DNA from: Bugula neritina
Taxonomy: Eukaryota > Animalia > Bryozoa
Assembly (NCBI GenBank): GCA_964035545.1
Contig: OZ037765.1
Location: 16,120,995 to 16,184,994, forward strand
Length of the DNA: 64,000 bases
Direction: 5' to 3'
In this document: in pieces, positions 1 through 15,067 of the stretch
Layout: every line of letters starts with the position of its first letter
Position numbering within the stretch: position 1 is the stretch's first letter
The notes under the pieces: model-generated
Told to the model about the DNA's origin: nothing
What the model saw: the letters and a program-made list of their open reading frames with translations, nothing else
The model's database searches: none
Made by a program: the position numbers and the translations under genes

Positions 1-61
1 CATTTTTCTTTGCACGAATTACAAGTATTTTGTTTTTGAACTTGAGTTTTACACTTGTTAG

Positions 62-3000
62 AAAATGCTGCAAGAAACAATGAAGAGATTCATAAGCTAT
101 CTATCGAGTACAAGTCTAGGACTCAAACACTTGCTGGAGAACTCAACAGGGTGAAGAAGACTTGTGCAAATCAGGTAATCACTAAGTTATCAGGTTACAC
201 TGAGTGACAAAGACTTAACATGAAATACAATTTCTATAATGTTGTTAAATAAACTCACGCAAGTTCATAGTCACCATTCCTGTGAGAAATCCCCTGATGG
301 AAAGGATTTTTTGTTAAGTTGGGCTAACGACTTATTGAAATGGGGCACAGGAGGAATTATGACCGGAGGCTCTTCCTAACATTATCAATGGCCTTTGTAG
401 GGGTTTGAACCTCATGACTTTTTGTTTACTAAGGAAACACTGCAAACACGCTGCTCCCTGTATAATGTTAAATGCTTATAGCTAAATTACTTACTATTGT
501 TGACCAGATGCTGAAAGCGTACTTGGAAAGTTATATTATTCAATAATCTTAGCTAGCCTCATTTATAAAGTAAATGTTGCTACTATGTAGTTTCTTGTAA
601 TACTTTGTAGTCTAATGAAAGTACATACTTCTTACATTTTATAGTTAAATACATTATAATTTATATTTTAACAATAATTCTTTGACAACCATCACCTTTA
701 GAAGCAACGCCTAATGTTAACATAATTTTTGCATTGAAAGCTGTGGCTGTCTCAAAAAAATTTATGAAAAATATTTACTGAGTTTTATAGGTGAACTTAA
801 CTTTTTTTTCTCTAATTGAAAATGTCATCTTTCACTAGCGGTAACTCTGAGTTCAAGCTTATATAGTGTTGGTATAGTTATTACTGGCTGTCTTGGGAAT
901 AAAGCTGTTTTTTTATCTTTTATAACTGTTGGAAAGATCATTTTGTATTCTGTTTTCAGTGTGATGATCTTTTATCCAGACTTGAGGAAAAGGATGAACG
1001 TCTCAAGAAAACAAACAGGTTATTTTTTAACATTCTTTTACTTTTGTGTATACATCAATGCTCAAATAATTTGATGACAAGTTTTGATGACAATAATAAG
1101 TTGTAAAAAGGTAGTGCAGCAATTCTTTATTGTGGCACTAGAATTTATCGTTTTAGCCATGTCAATGTTGTCTATTAATTTTAGTAGTCAGCAGTTGAAT
1201 ACACACGATCATGACACAGATTAGCTTTTAAAATATTTTTTACAGTAAAGTATGTTCATGTGGCTAAATTGTTTTTCAAATAGTATCTTGATTTTCTCTA
1301 AAAACTATACCTTTTATATCACATACTTCCAGAACAAAAATAATATTTGTGATGATTTTGTTATTCTATTTCTCAGGTTTGCAACTCAAAAAGTGGAACA
1401 TTTTCAGGAACTTTTGGATGAAAGAAAATCTGCATTTAATTCTTTAACGTCTAAGTAAGTTGCAGATATTGTTTCCATATTCTTCTTGTAACAGTCATCC
1501 TATTTAAAAGATTTACTTGCATGTAATTTGTAGCTGTTAAAGTTGGTATATTAGGTCAACTTTTTGAGTTAGCAGCTATATTTTCGTTCCCTGTAATTTT
1601 ATAATTATCATGTTGAATAGGTAAGACGACATCTTTGCCAAACTATTCTGCTTATTTGATGTAGGGTAAAACGCCCATGTGATTATCTGCAGAGTGATGA
1701 AGAGAAGATTGATATATAGAAACCCTAATTTTATACATTTGTGCTAATTGTTAGACTCACTAGAGTGGAATCTGAGTTGGTATTGGCTGAACAAAAGGCT
1801 AAGGATTTTGAGATTCTATTAGGCAAAGAGAGAGCCGATAAAGAAGCCATATCAGCAAGTTACAGAGCCAAGTTACAAGAAGCTAAACAGGTAACTGTTA
1901 ACTACTGAGGTGCGCTGCATACTGAGTTATTAGTGTTTAATAACCTGGTAAATCTAACATTAAATGTGCTTTAGATATACACTCAAGGAGTTAAACCGTT
2001 ATATTTATTTCTTCCAACTTAATTTATGGTTTTCATACTTGTATTTATTTCTTTTCATTTATTTGTTCTCGATGCCAGCTACATACGTCTTTAGAGAGCA
2101 AATTATCAGCTGAGTTAGCAGATATCACTGAGAAGCATAACGACTGCATGATAGAGGTGTGTATACTGTATAAACTACTGTCAAGTAATAGAGAGGTGGT
2201 AAGCATGCTTACTGGTGCTATCAATGGTGTAATTGTTTACTCACTGCACACCATATGCTCAAGTTGTACACCTGAAATACCTGTCGCCTTTGAATGTTTT
2301 TTGAACGAAAATAAGATTTTTTGTTAAAGAGCTTTGTTTTAGTAACTGATCAGCAATTTGTAAAGTAGAAAATGTTACTAACTTTTAATAGTTGATACTT
2401 ATACATGTTATCTATACTAGTTATTTTTTATGATTGTGTAGGTATAGCTAGTTTAGTTTATATTTTATTTTAGCTTCAAATGAAACTGATTTTCAAGTTA
2501 GCAAAATAATTTTAATTGATTTTTAAAGATAATCATTTATTTAAATGTCTGAATATTGTTTCATCACGCATTTTTTTAAGTTTCATGTTTAGTTTGATTA
2601 GAGATAGGTTTTGTACACAGAATACACTCAATTGTAACTGAAAGCCCAGACTATGCATTGTCTGCCCACATAGGTTAGTCTCCCTGTATTCTGTAATCAG
2701 CACGCAGCCTCCCTAATATTTTAAAGTTGTGCGTGCATTCAATATTATCAAATACCACATTCCATATTCATCACAGCAAATACTATCATTACTTTGGTTC
2801 AAATGTTAGCATTTTAAATTTTAAAATCCATGTTTTCAATTCAGGGCAGCGTGTTTGATAATGTAACTACAGTGCTCCCTCCATATCTCACTAAGCTATT
2901 GGTCCCTCTATTCGTAGCATAGTAGAATACCAGATTTAACACAAATCTGGTAAATTTGGCCATTTGACCCCCATACACACATACATAAGCCACAAAACGA

Positions 3001-6000
3001 GGATCCGATTCCGTGAGAGTGGAACCTTGAGATACGTAGAGATCACTGTTTTAGCTTTAATAAAATACAATTTCATAGGTTATTGAGCTAAGAAAAACCA
3101 GCTGCGATCAGAATAAACAGATTAACGAATTAAAAGAAGAGATTGCAAGTCTGCAGGCCGACAGTAGAGCTGCTGCCTCAACTCATCAAGGTTTGTTTAT
3201 AATCTTTCAATTGGAGAAAAGTTATAGGAAATTAATCACCGATATATGTTTTTCTTTTTATACTACACCAATAACTTGATTTTCGCGTCAGCTGATGTCT
3301 CAATGGTTGATGACTTTATAGTTTATAGCATAGCACAAGTTGCGCTAGTGAACGAGCAACTCTGTTATTGCAAATAAAACGTAGAGTAGAGTAAACAAAA
3401 ACATGCAATTATCTAAGTATCAGCAGCAGCTAGTGAAGATAGGTATGAAGAATAGGTTAATAGGAAAAATGCAGTTTTTGTTATTAAATCTGGAAAACTC
3501 ATCCTTAGTTTCTAATAAAAATCTACTCTTTTTAATTTCAATAAACAGTGTAACATTTTTTTTACACTTTTGGTATGTTAGCTTTTTAAATCTGTGTGTT
3601 CTCTTTATTTACTTTTTTGCCATTTTAACTACATCTTGCACCTGGGAGATGACTCTAGAATTTTAGTTGAACATTTAGTGTTTGTTTAAGAAGTATTTTA
3701 AATAAGCATTTGCAATGCAACCCTTATCTTAACTTTGGATTTTTAAATACATGTAGCTCTCTATCGTACTACATCTCATTATTTTCATAGAGAGATTGAA
3801 GAAAGAGCAGTTGAAACATAGCCAAGCAATAAGAGAGCTGAATCAACAGAAAGAAAAAGAAGTGCGTATTATAGCTTCTATGCTATGCTGTTTACTATCA
3901 AACTTTTGTTATCTCTCCTTTCTTCTACTATTTAAAAGTAAAAGACAAAAAGCTATAATTTGAACCGTGAACCTAATGGTTCTTGGCACTAACTTTTAGT
4001 TCAGGGCCGTTTATGATTTTAGAAATGTAGACTAGACTTACACAATCTGTTAAATTATGTGCTATCTATTCAGGTAAATAGATAACATATTTCAACCTGG
4101 TCAGCTATTCCATTATAGCCAGTGCTTCGAAAAGCTAATTGTCAGTGTAACTGTAGGTAGAGCAGGTACTTAATGATCAATCACTAATTGAAGCCTCATT
4201 GAGAAAACATGTAGCTAAAGTAGAGGAACAGAAGAGAGATGCTGAGGAGGAGATTAGCAAGTTAAAGGCACTTCTTATTACTGAGAGAATAAAAGCAGAA
4301 GAAGAGCTCAGTCAGACGAGACAGAAGCTGAAGAGTGATATGGTATGTCTAGTGAGATAGGCAATGCAAGCCATTATCACTTGTGAGCATGCATATTCAT
4401 AGTTTGAAAGTTCAAAGTTTAAACTTTTAAGCCATCTTGGTGATTAGGCTGTGCAGTGCAGCAGCAAAAAATAGCATGCAATGAAAGTTAGCTATAATTA
4501 GTATAAGTGTAGGGCCACACGACCACACGCCACAAACGTCTGTAGGCGAGCAGTAAAGTTTAACGCTAACATCATTGGCTAATAAATTTTTGCACTCGCA
4601 ACACACGCACTGTGTGTGGTAGGTCACTAGCGTGTATTTTAATGGGATTTCTCGCACGTGTGGCCCTACACTACGTTTTATAGTAGCGGTAAAGTCAAAG
4701 CCATCCGAAAATTTTATTCCCAGACAATCATAACCCCCAAATCGTTTCAGTACATACTCGCACAAACTTCATTATAAAACAAAATTGTTTAGGCATCCAA
4801 CCTTAAAACAGTATGCAAATGAAAACTAACATATATAAGAATATTTTAGTGCTGCATAAGTGAAGTGTCTCAGGGATTCTTTAAATAATCAGCTCGTGAA
4901 GTGTACCTATATTTTTGTTTCCATCGGAAGTTTAGACAAAGCAGTTTTAATCTTACTTTATTTCTTGCCTTTTTTGCTAGCTGCACAAACTGCCAAAATT
5001 GGGCGTTATTTAAAAAATAGGTATCTATTTTTTATATTGCAAAGCATAAACCTTAAATATTTAATTCAAATTTGGCAATTGTTTATAACTTTCATAGTCA
5101 TTTTAGTCATTATTATAGCAGCTTTTCTGTGAAACTTGTTTAAATTTTGACTGAACTCCCAAGTGAAAAGGAAGAAAGATGCCTCTCTCCTCTTTTGCAA
5201 TGCAATATAGAAAAGTTCCCCAATGACATAATTCAACTTGAAGTATAATTGATGGCATCAATTTATTTCTCGCTGTATAGTAAAAAGGTGTTGTAGTAAA
5301 ATGGCTGTCTTGAGAAGCATAATCCTGCTTCCCAATTGCAAACTGCGTTATATTATATGTCTTCTTTATCTAATGGTTAGTTCTCTTCAGAGGTAGTCAC
5401 AGTCACATTCCTTGCCTTTTCCACTCAGTCATAACTTTTTCACACTTTCAATGGACCTTCTCTTGAGTTGTCCTCTTTTTTCTCGGCAAATTAGTCTCCT
5501 TGATTTTCTCCCCCAGTCCTCATCTCCATTCAACACATGGCCATACCACCTCAGTTTAGAGTCTAGACTCTCCCAAAATCACTTCAATACCCTCCAATTC
5601 ACTGTTCCCTTGGTGTACTTATTCATAATTTTATCCCTTCTTGTCACCCTTGTCACTGTTGGTCTAAGCATTATCTATTCTGCCACTTCTAAGTTAGCCT
5701 CCTGTCTCTTATTTAGTCTTACTGTCTTTAAACGGTGTATTATCTATGTACTTTGATATTTATGTAGTTACTATAAGTTAGTTTCTTTGTACAAAAGCAT
5801 GTCTATGGGAATTGTTCCGGCCATGCAAAATTTTGAGGCTAATTGGTCTCAGCACTTGCCTTGCCATCTTTACATACAGTCTGTTATGTATATGCGTGTT
5901 CAATATTATAACAATTTGTAGGATTTTCACATTCACCATATGGAAGACAAACTGAAGTTACTACATTCTGCTAAAGACAATGTTCAGCAAGTGAACTCTC

Positions 6001-9000
6001 AGCAGGCCTGCACCATATCTGAGCTACAAACCAAAAATAATTCTCTTACTATGGGTGTTGATAATCTGAAGAGACAGATTGAATCTCTGCAGCAGGTAGT
6101 CATTACTATATTACTATTAGCTGCTTGCTGTGCATATATCATATCATTAGTTAACACCATAAGAATCTTGAAGGTGTCAAGCATTCCAACTACTTAAAAA
6201 TAGCACTACTGTGGTTGAAGTACTACCATTCCTTCAATTGTATATAATAGGGCAGTTTTGTGGAAATAACCCAAACTTTTATAACTTTTAACTGTAATAA
6301 TTTAAAAGGATAGAGGGCAGGGGTAGGGAGATGCAGAGATCTCAAATTGAAATAAAAAAGCTGCGTGTTAAACAACCCAAACCCTGAGAAATCATGTATA
6401 TTTTTATTGAAATTTTCATATTTAAACTAAAATTCAAGCAATTAGTTTAAAACCTAAGTTAAATGGCATCTGTGCAACATATTTCAAACTGGATAGCTTT
6501 GGATCATAACTGTTATTAACTCGATGCTTTTTTCAATTTTCAGAATCTTTGACTTTGCTTTACTTGTTTGTTTCATCGTCATAAATAATTTATTGTGAAA
6601 AAAGTTGTCATTAATTGACAAAATGGTACGCAAATCGCCCACATGTTTTTGATGACTGGCATTAGTGAAATTGTCTGAATGCTTCAGCATTCCTCATAAT
6701 TTAGACCACTCGGCGTATAGTGTGTGTAATTTAACTATCATGCTGTGATAAAGGCCTTTATGTTCCATTTGAATTGAGATTTGAATTTTCAAAAGAGTGA
6801 CAGTGACTAATGATGTTTCTGGTATTTCAAATAAGTGTTGCAGTGTTGAAAAATGCAATTGTCTTATTAAGGTTTAAGTAACCTAATGGGGCAATTTTCT
6901 TAGAGTTACATTTTCATGGTTAGTTTTTTCCTGCACTCTTCCACCATTTGTAGAGCAAAACTTATATGCCTAACTTTGTTAGTAAGCCCAATTATAGACA
7001 TAAGAATTTTGAAAAAAATAGGAACAATGTTGATAATTTGGTTAATTAATAAAAGTTTATCACAGTATCACAGTATTACAGTGATATTGTAAGTATGTTA
7101 AAACAGTTACTGTAATTCTAAGAATTATGTCATTGATAACGTACTACAGGGTATTGCTGCAAAGTATCAGGATATTGATAACGCTAAGCAGGAAGTGAGA
7201 ACGCAAATGTCAGAAAAGCTGCGGGATAGTGAGAAGGAAATGAAGGGATTGAAGTCAGAAAGGGATAAGCTTTTAGGTTCTAAACATAAATTAGAAGGTA
7301 AATCAAACAAATTACTTTATTAAGTTCTAACTTATACAATGCTTATACATAAGGTGACGTACAGCATTTTAACCTGGATTGGAATCTGCTTGTCAAGTTG
7401 TATATTTTTCTGTTAATTTGGCTTTGAATACAGCAATGTACCGATAATATTTGTTATGCTAGCTAGCTTATACCTTAAGATAGGCCAGGAGTTTTATTCG
7501 TGGTTTTGGTGTTGGTGATGTTTTATCTTGCTTCCTTGAAAGTGGATGAGTAACACAACAAGTATTTTATATCTATTGCAGAGATTGCCATATTGCTTAG
7601 TAGAAGTGTGTTAATCAATGGTGAAATTCTTTCTAGTGCATGTACAATTTTTTTTTGTTTTACTTTGTAAGTTTAATATATGCTTTGTAAATTATCCATT
7701 TTTGCTTATAGAAAATTTGTATTTTAGTTGGTAGTGTAATGGTACTTTTTTGCGTTTTTCTATTGTCTGATATTCAATTTTAATGTGTGGTTTTAAATTT
7801 TAAATATGCCCTACAACTGATAAATATCACCTTTCACTACTCTAAAATATTTCATGCACCATAGTGTAGATTTCCTGTGAAATTTCATCATAGTCACTGT
7901 TTCCGCCATTACAAAATTTAAGAATAATATCTAGCCATAGTTTTAAACGGTGCATAGCAACTCAATAGTTCATTATCATTCTGTGAGGAATTTAGGTCAA
8001 AAATAGGAAAATTGTTGAAAAGTGTCGGCTAATCTATAATTTTGAAGGAACTGAAATGCATTGTAAGAATGGTATATATTTGCAAGAGTACAACTTTCAC
8101 TGATTATAATGTAGTGGTTTTTGCATAGTACGTGTTGCTATAAAAGCATTTTGTTGCATGAACACTCGGAAACAGCTTGATAAACTGCAACTACTTTAGA
8201 TTTTATAGAAGTCCGTTGAAATACAAGAATGCAAAGTATGCCTAATACTGTATTAATTATTTGCTATTAAGAATTTAGTTGATACTAATAGCTGAATTTT
8301 TACAGCTTTTAGTTAAGTTAGGAAGAACAGCTCTGTGTATGGTGCTCTAATTAGACATTTCTTTTTAGAAATTGTGAAAAATGTTGAAATATTGAAAATT
8401 TTAATAAGAAAAGGGTTTCTTTACCAAAACATCATTTTAGTTTCAAGTTCACTTATTTTTTTAAATTTAAAGTTCTATAAGTAAATCCATGAATCACTTT
8501 TTCTTGAAATTACTGCAAATATGTTATGCAATTTGTCAAATATTTGTTTGCTCATTGCCATTTTATGATTTGCTATTAAGAGTTATCAACAAATAAATCA
8601 TGATAATTATCACAACAATAATATGATCAATGAACTGCTTTCAGGTCTTTGCTTAAAGCATTATTGGCTTATATTTGAATGGTTGTGCAATTCTTTGTTT
8701 TTTATTGCAATATGCTAAGTTTTTAACTTTGACGTTATTTTTCTGTATGTAGACATTTCATTGAAAAATAGGTTTTTTATTCAATCATTTTTCAAAATTT
8801 TTGGCATGGCTTCAAGTAGGTTCATTTCCAATGTGATTTTTATCTATAATTTTAACTATGTCAACAAGTATGATGGTATGTGTGTATAGTTATTGGTACC
8901 TCTAGTTGAAATTATCAAATCCATTGTTCTTTGTAGATCGTGTTAGTCAGCTAGAAAATGATGTGGATAAAAAAAATGAACAGTTGAAGCACTTGAAAGA

Positions 9001-9121
9001 AAAGTTATCAATGAGAGAGTCTGACATTGCGTGGATGAGAGAAGAAACGGCGCAAAGAGCAAAAGCTTTACAAGTAGCTGTTAAAAACTATGCTCAGCCT
9101 CTGACGGCTCAGTCAGCATAG
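62..9121 (+). CDS. LRRC45: LRRC45-like protein, C-terminal coiled-coil part (5'-partial, 11 exons in window)
   Basis: Phase-consistent GT-AG exons at 62-174, 960-1018, 1377-1454, 1755-1890, 2079-2156, 3079-3190, 3791-3861, 4157-4342, 5922-6095, 7150-7297 and 8937-9121 give an E/K/Q/L-rich coiled coil. The C-terminus MREETAQRAKALQVAVKNYAQ resembles my recollection of the vertebrate LRRC45 end (REEEAQRASFLQNAVLAYVQ). The LRR domain would lie upstream of the window. Confidence 0.72.
300..460 (-). mobile_element. Degenerate tRNA-headed SINE fragment
   Basis: Minus strand shows a B-box-like GGTTCAAAC followed by GTTAGGAAGAGCCTCCGGTCATAA, resembling RTE-type 5'UTR segments found in bipartite SINEs. 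Boundaries approximate. Confidence 0.4.
2870..3048. mobile_element. Tc1/mariner (pogo/Tigger-like) MITE
   Basis: Imperfect 21-bp TIRs: CAGTGCTCCCTCCATATCTCA on the left versus CAGTGATCTCTACGTATCTCA (reverse complement of right end); TA on the left flank. Confidence 0.6.
5410..5760 (-). mobile_element. RTE-clade LINE 3' fragment (decayed)
   Basis: Minus-strand translation gives VTRRDKIMN...SKLRWYGHVL...KRGQLKRRSIESVK, matching the LRWYGHV / RGRP..RW.D.VK C-terminal motifs of RTE ORFs; contains stops. Confidence 0.65.
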
Positions 9122-11158
9122 TTGTTCTAACTTGTTATGTGTCACTAATTATAATCATCATAGAAAGGCCGAGCAGAAATTTCTCTTATGTACACAGTAG
9201 TAATTGGTTGTAAATATTAAGTAAAACATACATTGTATGTTGAAAGCATGCACAGTACAATCACCTTATTATTGGATGCTGTGGACAAATTCTTATTCTG
9301 TTTTCCACCAACAAATTGGAGTTCATTTATTTTTAAAGATCAAATACATGCAATTACAACACATGACATTTTCAACACTATGAGAGCATGGCCACAAAAT
9401 TGACATTTTGCAACAATTAATAAAAAAATTAAATATAAGTATTTGCTTTTTGTTTGTTATGTTATGTAATTGCCTAATGCAAGTTTTTTAGTATCAGTTC
9501 AGTGTTTTCTAAAATTAATGAAGGACTTTCAACTTTTGAAGTATTTGTTTTATTCAAACCTTAATTTTTTCTGTATTCTCAATCTGTTCTGAAATCTTAG
9601 TTTAGTTCTTGAAAATTAGAAAGATAATGGGTGTAAAAATTGACTTCTAAGCATCTGCTGCTCTTTTATGTAATTATTTTGCTATAAATGTCTAGTAGAA
9701 TTTCAATTTGTTAAAAATCCATGTAGTTACTATTTATTCTTTGAATTATTCACTATTTCTATTTATAAATAATGACATTATTTATTCTATGCTTGTTTTT
9801 CAAGTGTGTGTTTATTAGAGAGTGAGGATGTAGGGTTGACAGGATTAAACCATAAAAGCTTACGTTTTTTGCAATTTATCACCTGTTGCTACCTACACAT
9901 GATTTCATGTACTGGGTATTTTATTCTTCTTGTCCGTCCTTTTAATTTTCAATGAAATCAGTTATAGAAATGAAATATGCTAATATTGTGATCTTTTGTA
10001 ATATGAGGTAAAGTGGAACAAGGTAAATTTGAAACATGTTCAAAAGCCCTTGTACTATCACCATCTTTGTTCTACCTCTTCAGTTATTCTGTAATAAACA
10101 GTGCAGATTCTGTAGGGTTTCTAACTATTGAATATTTAGTTTTCTCTCATAAATGTTGAATAACCACCTGCAGTTTACAAGTCATCAGCAATACCTTGGT
10201 GGTTGTATATTACTGTGCAGACCTGCTACAATATACAATCAACATATATTGCCATCAACTGATTCACTAGAGGCAAAGCATAAACAATAATATTATGCAA
10301 TGTAATTGCTATGATAACCTGCAGTACTTTATTTGATCTAAAAGCCTATTTCCTAAATCTTCTGCTTCTGGTGCCAAGTTAGTTGTTGCTTCAGTACACA
10401 TATTTTGCTATTTTCTGCACCAATACGCTATAAATACCCAATATTATGGTACCATTATACCAGCCATTTACCCAAGTGTTCCTGTATTTTTTATTTTTGA
10501 ATTGTTTATCATCATGTGCTCACACTATATTTTTTGTGAAGAAAACCTGCTTTTGGTTATGATCACTGACAATACACGTCTTAAATCTTGAAAATATTTT
10601 CTTTGAAGGATCCTTATTTTTGGACATTTATAGTGTTACTAGGGCTTTCATGAACAAATTAGGCAAGATTAGCAAAAACATTTCCTTATGAAACAAACAA
10701 GCCGTATAAATATACATAATAGCCTCAACACACAACAGCCTTGTTGTCTTGTTCATAGGTATTTGACATGTATTGTACAGCTGTGCAACTGTAGTGGAAT
10801 GGGTTTCATTACTCTTCCTTCATTAGCTACTTACTCGTACCAAATTTCATCTTTTAATATTAAATAATGGTACTGTATATAGAGAATAAGGCAATGGTGC
10901 TACTGGCCTTGCATTTAATGCTGATAATTTTGTCAATATGGCATTTAAAACCGCATGGAATAAAGTACATCTTTATACCTTCTACCCTTTCTCCCAAACA
11001 TTATTATATTCATTACACATATTATGTTTCTTACTTTATAATACACTGGACCATACAATATTACATAATAAGCCTTAAAGTCAATAATTACAATGTCAGC
11101 GTGAACTTGTATGCGACAATCACATCATTCTTAGTTGTTATAAAATGAACTATAAATA

Positions 11159-12503
11159 GGGGTAACAGGGGGGGGGGGGCACAACGGGCCGAATTCTGCA
11201 TTTGTTGCTCTCCTTCGTCTGTTTTTCAAGTTACTAGTTCAATAATCTCTAGTCTTAATGCTGCATCTGTTGTCTATTACAGGTACCAGTTTGTTGTTTC
11301 TATCTCTCTCACAACTTTCAGAATAATAAAATTTTCATGACAAAAAAATTGGCCCATTGTGCCCCGGTACCGGGGTACAATGGGCCACTGGGTGGGACAC
11401 AACAAATATATTGAAATTTTGCGTATTTTGTTACATCTGATGTTTATTTATTTAATATTACAAATAAATAAAGATACTCTTTCAGATCTACAGCAAAATT
11501 CATGTTTTAGTTGTACAGTTTGTGCCACTACGGATAGCAGAGGAAGGCAAAATCAAACGCACATCACTCGGTTCTGCAGTGCCATTATCATTACTGTTTA
11601 GAACTAAAAATGTTCTGTTATTTTCACTTCCGAGCAACGTTTATTAAAAAAAAACTTTACTAACATGTATTACAAAATTCCGAGTGGACTTTTTTCTATG
11701 AACTGTAGCTAAGGTGCATGGCTGAGATTTGTGACTGGAGTACGGAAGGGAGAGGGGGGAGCAAAAGAGCAAATCACAATTTATTTTAGTCAAATACATG
11801 TATATTCCCTCAATGGTGTAATATGTAATGATTATCATGACTATCTACTAGTAGCAACAGCAGAGTGTTTTGTATTATGTATAAAATCACAAAGCTTTAA
11901 CCTCACCAGATGTATATATTAGGGTAGCTTCAACTTGTAGTTTTGTAGTCTTACCATGATGTTTTTGATATTTTACAAAAAGGTCAGAAATGGCTATATT
12001 TATAAATTTTAGTAACAGTTTAACCAACTTTTTGGGTAAACAAACTAAAAACAGTGATCAGGGTGCAATAATCAGGTGGCCCATTGTGCCCCGGTCAGCG
12101 TGGCCCATTGTGCCCCGGTCAGCGTGGCCCATTGTGCCCCGTGTGGCCAAATTGAAAATAAATGTGCCTCAAGGAAAATGTATTTCAGTGTTTGCTGTTA
12201 TACTAGTTAAGCATTGTAGAAACAAGCAATGGCAACAATATTAGTAAAATCTAAGCTTCTTGCCTTTGAGTGTAAAAAGTTATAAGGCTTTAACGACATC
12301 CTAAAAAATTTCCAAATGTAGGTAAAAACAGTTTTTTACTCGCCTTTTCAACACGTATGTTCCGCAAGTGTTGAAACTACAAATGGCTGAATAATTATGT
12401 CAATATCTTTTTATGAAAAAAAATCACAACTTTAAGTCAATAAGTTCTCTCAGAATTTGGCCGGCTTTTTGTACCCCTATGACCGTTGTGCCCCCGTTAC
12501 CCC
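11159..12503. mobile_element. Non-autonomous DNA transposon (~1.35 kb) with TA target duplication, Tc1/mariner-superfamily type
   Basis: TA|GGGGTAAC(A)G(n)CACAACGG at the left end and CCGTTGTGCCCCCGTTACCCC|TA at the right end; internal TIR-related repeats GGCCCATTGTGCCCCG; no transposase ORF. Confidence 0.85.
12076..12145. repeat. 24-bp tandem repeat x3 (GTGGCCCATTGTGCCCCGGTCAGC) inside the element
   Basis: Direct reading; it produces the WPIVPRSA repeat in the spurious ORF 11990-12244. Confidence 0.9.
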
Positions 12504-15067
12504 TACTGATTGAAGTAGGTACCTATAGCAAAAGTGTGAGCAAGTTTTTAAACTTTTAGAACTAAAGAGAATAGCATTATTTGCCGTTCTCAAATTTGTT
12601 TATGCTAATAATTATAAAAGCTAACAACAAAATATTTAGGATAAAAAAAGAAAGTGAAGTTGTAAAATTTCCGTTGCATTTTCTTACATTTCGATATTAG
12701 GTCTATGTCATAGCTTGCATCTAATTATTGCTTTCAACAAAAGTTCTTACCAAATCATTTGATTAAATTTTTATTCAGCTAAGCAACATTTTGCTGCTAC
12801 ACTAACTTTAATAATTAAGGTAAAGTTACTAACCAGTATCTGCTATATATTTAAATGGTAATTTCTGTTTGCTATAAAACTACTTTTCTGCTTATGGTTC
12901 TTGGCTCACTTACTTCTAAGGGTATATATTATTATTTTGCTGTTTGAACAGCCCATTTTAAAGATTTCTGGCTTTAGGTTGATGATTTTAAGAGGTTGCA
13001 ACTTTGTACTTTCATAAATTGTTACAGGTTCATTGTATTGTATGATATTTTCACTTGAATTTGCTGTAGCTAATCTCACTTCAAACCTAATAAATTTTGC
13101 AAACTAATAGAGGATCAGCTGTACCTATCTTGTCTCTAAGGATTTTCTGAAAGTTTGATATAGAATATAAATGATTCATTTCCTCTCTGCATTAGTGCCT
13201 GTTGGTCAATGAAAAGCTTTGCCAAATGAGTCCACAATAAAATTAGTATAGTGGTAATAATTCATACTTTAGTAGCTGAAACGGTTTGCGTCTCAATCCT
13301 GAGTAGATTTACTACGTTATCTTAGTTCTATGAATATGCCTAAGGCTTGCACAGGTGACAGCAACTTCCTAAATTTTGACATATGCATGATGTGACTTGT
13401 GCGTTTAAACCAGCTCTGCATGTTTATGAATTACCTACACAGAATTTATATAATATGTGCATTTTTCTGTTGCCTTAAGTTGAAATTAGACCAAATGATA
13501 TTGGTAGTGTTTAAAGCTTAACAGCCACTACATATTGGGCAAACACCATCTCTCTTTCATTTTTCTCCCTGCCAGGATTTATAATGTCCATAGAAGATAA
13601 TGTCTTTTGTAAAAATTATAGTTTAATAAGAGCAAAAATATGGTCTGTCATAAAACTATCATGATCAGTATCATGAGCAAATGCTTTAATATAACCATTT
13701 GAGTATAATTATTATTGGAAAATATGCGGAGCTGGATGAAGATATGCTATTCTTAAACAGATGCATGCTCTTTTTTACAAATATTTTCCAACAAATAGAA
13801 AAGCTGCATTACAGTTGCTTCTATTAAAAGCCAAAAAAAACTCTTTCTCCAGTTTCATCCGTGAGAGCAATCTTGATATCATGTACTAAATTTTAAACTA
13901 ATAAGTGAATAACTTACTAATATTAATGACATTCAGAAGCAAGTTTGTGACGCAGTGTTGTACGAGTTCTAAAAATAGAAAGATGCATCCTGCAAAACTG
14001 CTAATAAAATACAGATAAATTAAATATTCTTATCAGTAAATAACTTGGTCACTCAGTTTTATGTGTGAACTAGGTATCTTTGTATGGAGTAGAGCCATCT
14101 GCATGACAGTTGTCAGTTTCCTTGTTGAAGTTGTAAGAACTTAGATTTACAAAATAGTATTGAAAAGACCAAATAAAATTAAATAGCGAATTTATACACC
14201 ACCATCCAAATTTTTCCTAAGTTTGTAGCTATTGCATGGCTTATCTATCAAAACCATTGAAATATAACTTTTTTAATTCAATGATCGAAACCACTAAGAA
14301 GTTTAAAGAATTAGATCCTATGACGTATTTATAACACGCATGATGCGCATCTCTCCGTTTATTATAGCGGTCTGTTTTGCAGTAGCTAAGTGGAAATAGT
14401 TCACATTTCCCTGACATCCTAAACTTTAAAATATTGACGAAGTCATAGGAAGTGGCTAAATTTCGATGCCTATAACTAAGCCCTGCCACAAATTTAATTT
14501 CTGATGTTTATTCACTAAAACACTTTCACCACAACCTTCTTGCTAAAAGCTGATAGTTAACCGTCAATGTAAATATTAAATTTAATATAAATATTAAGTA
14601 TTAGTATGAATATATTTATCATTATCATTATGTAAAACTAAAAGTAAAACTAAAAGTAAAATAAATGTTTATGTTTATGTTATGCTTATAGTTATAGTTA
14701 TACTTATCGATAATGTTATTGCTAATCATAATTATAATGGTAATGTTTATTTTATAGTTATACTTTTAGTTTTTAAAGTCACTCATTCATCATTATGATT
14801 ATGATTTTTAAATTTAATGTAATTATTGACATTCCTATTCATAGACATATGGAATACTCTTAGTCTTATAGTTATAGTTTTGGCTATTGCTTATTTTAGT
14901 CGTACTCGTGGTCATATTCCTACATTTACAGTGAACACTGAATGTGGTACTGATACCGACACTGATTCTTTAGATGCACTCATTACTCAATTTAAACACT
15001 CGCACTGACCCTGTGAGTCAAAATGGGTCTGTATAATAATGATGACAGATGCCACAAGGCTGAGCAT

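Noticed and set aside
4427-4765. 112-aa Cys-rich minus-strand ORF in an LRRC45 intron
   Set aside because: Non-ATG start, no recognisable domain or splice context; likely an unclassified repeat.
11990-12244. ORF with WPIVPRSA repeats
   Set aside because: Simply the translation of a 24-bp DNA repeat inside a non-autonomous transposon.
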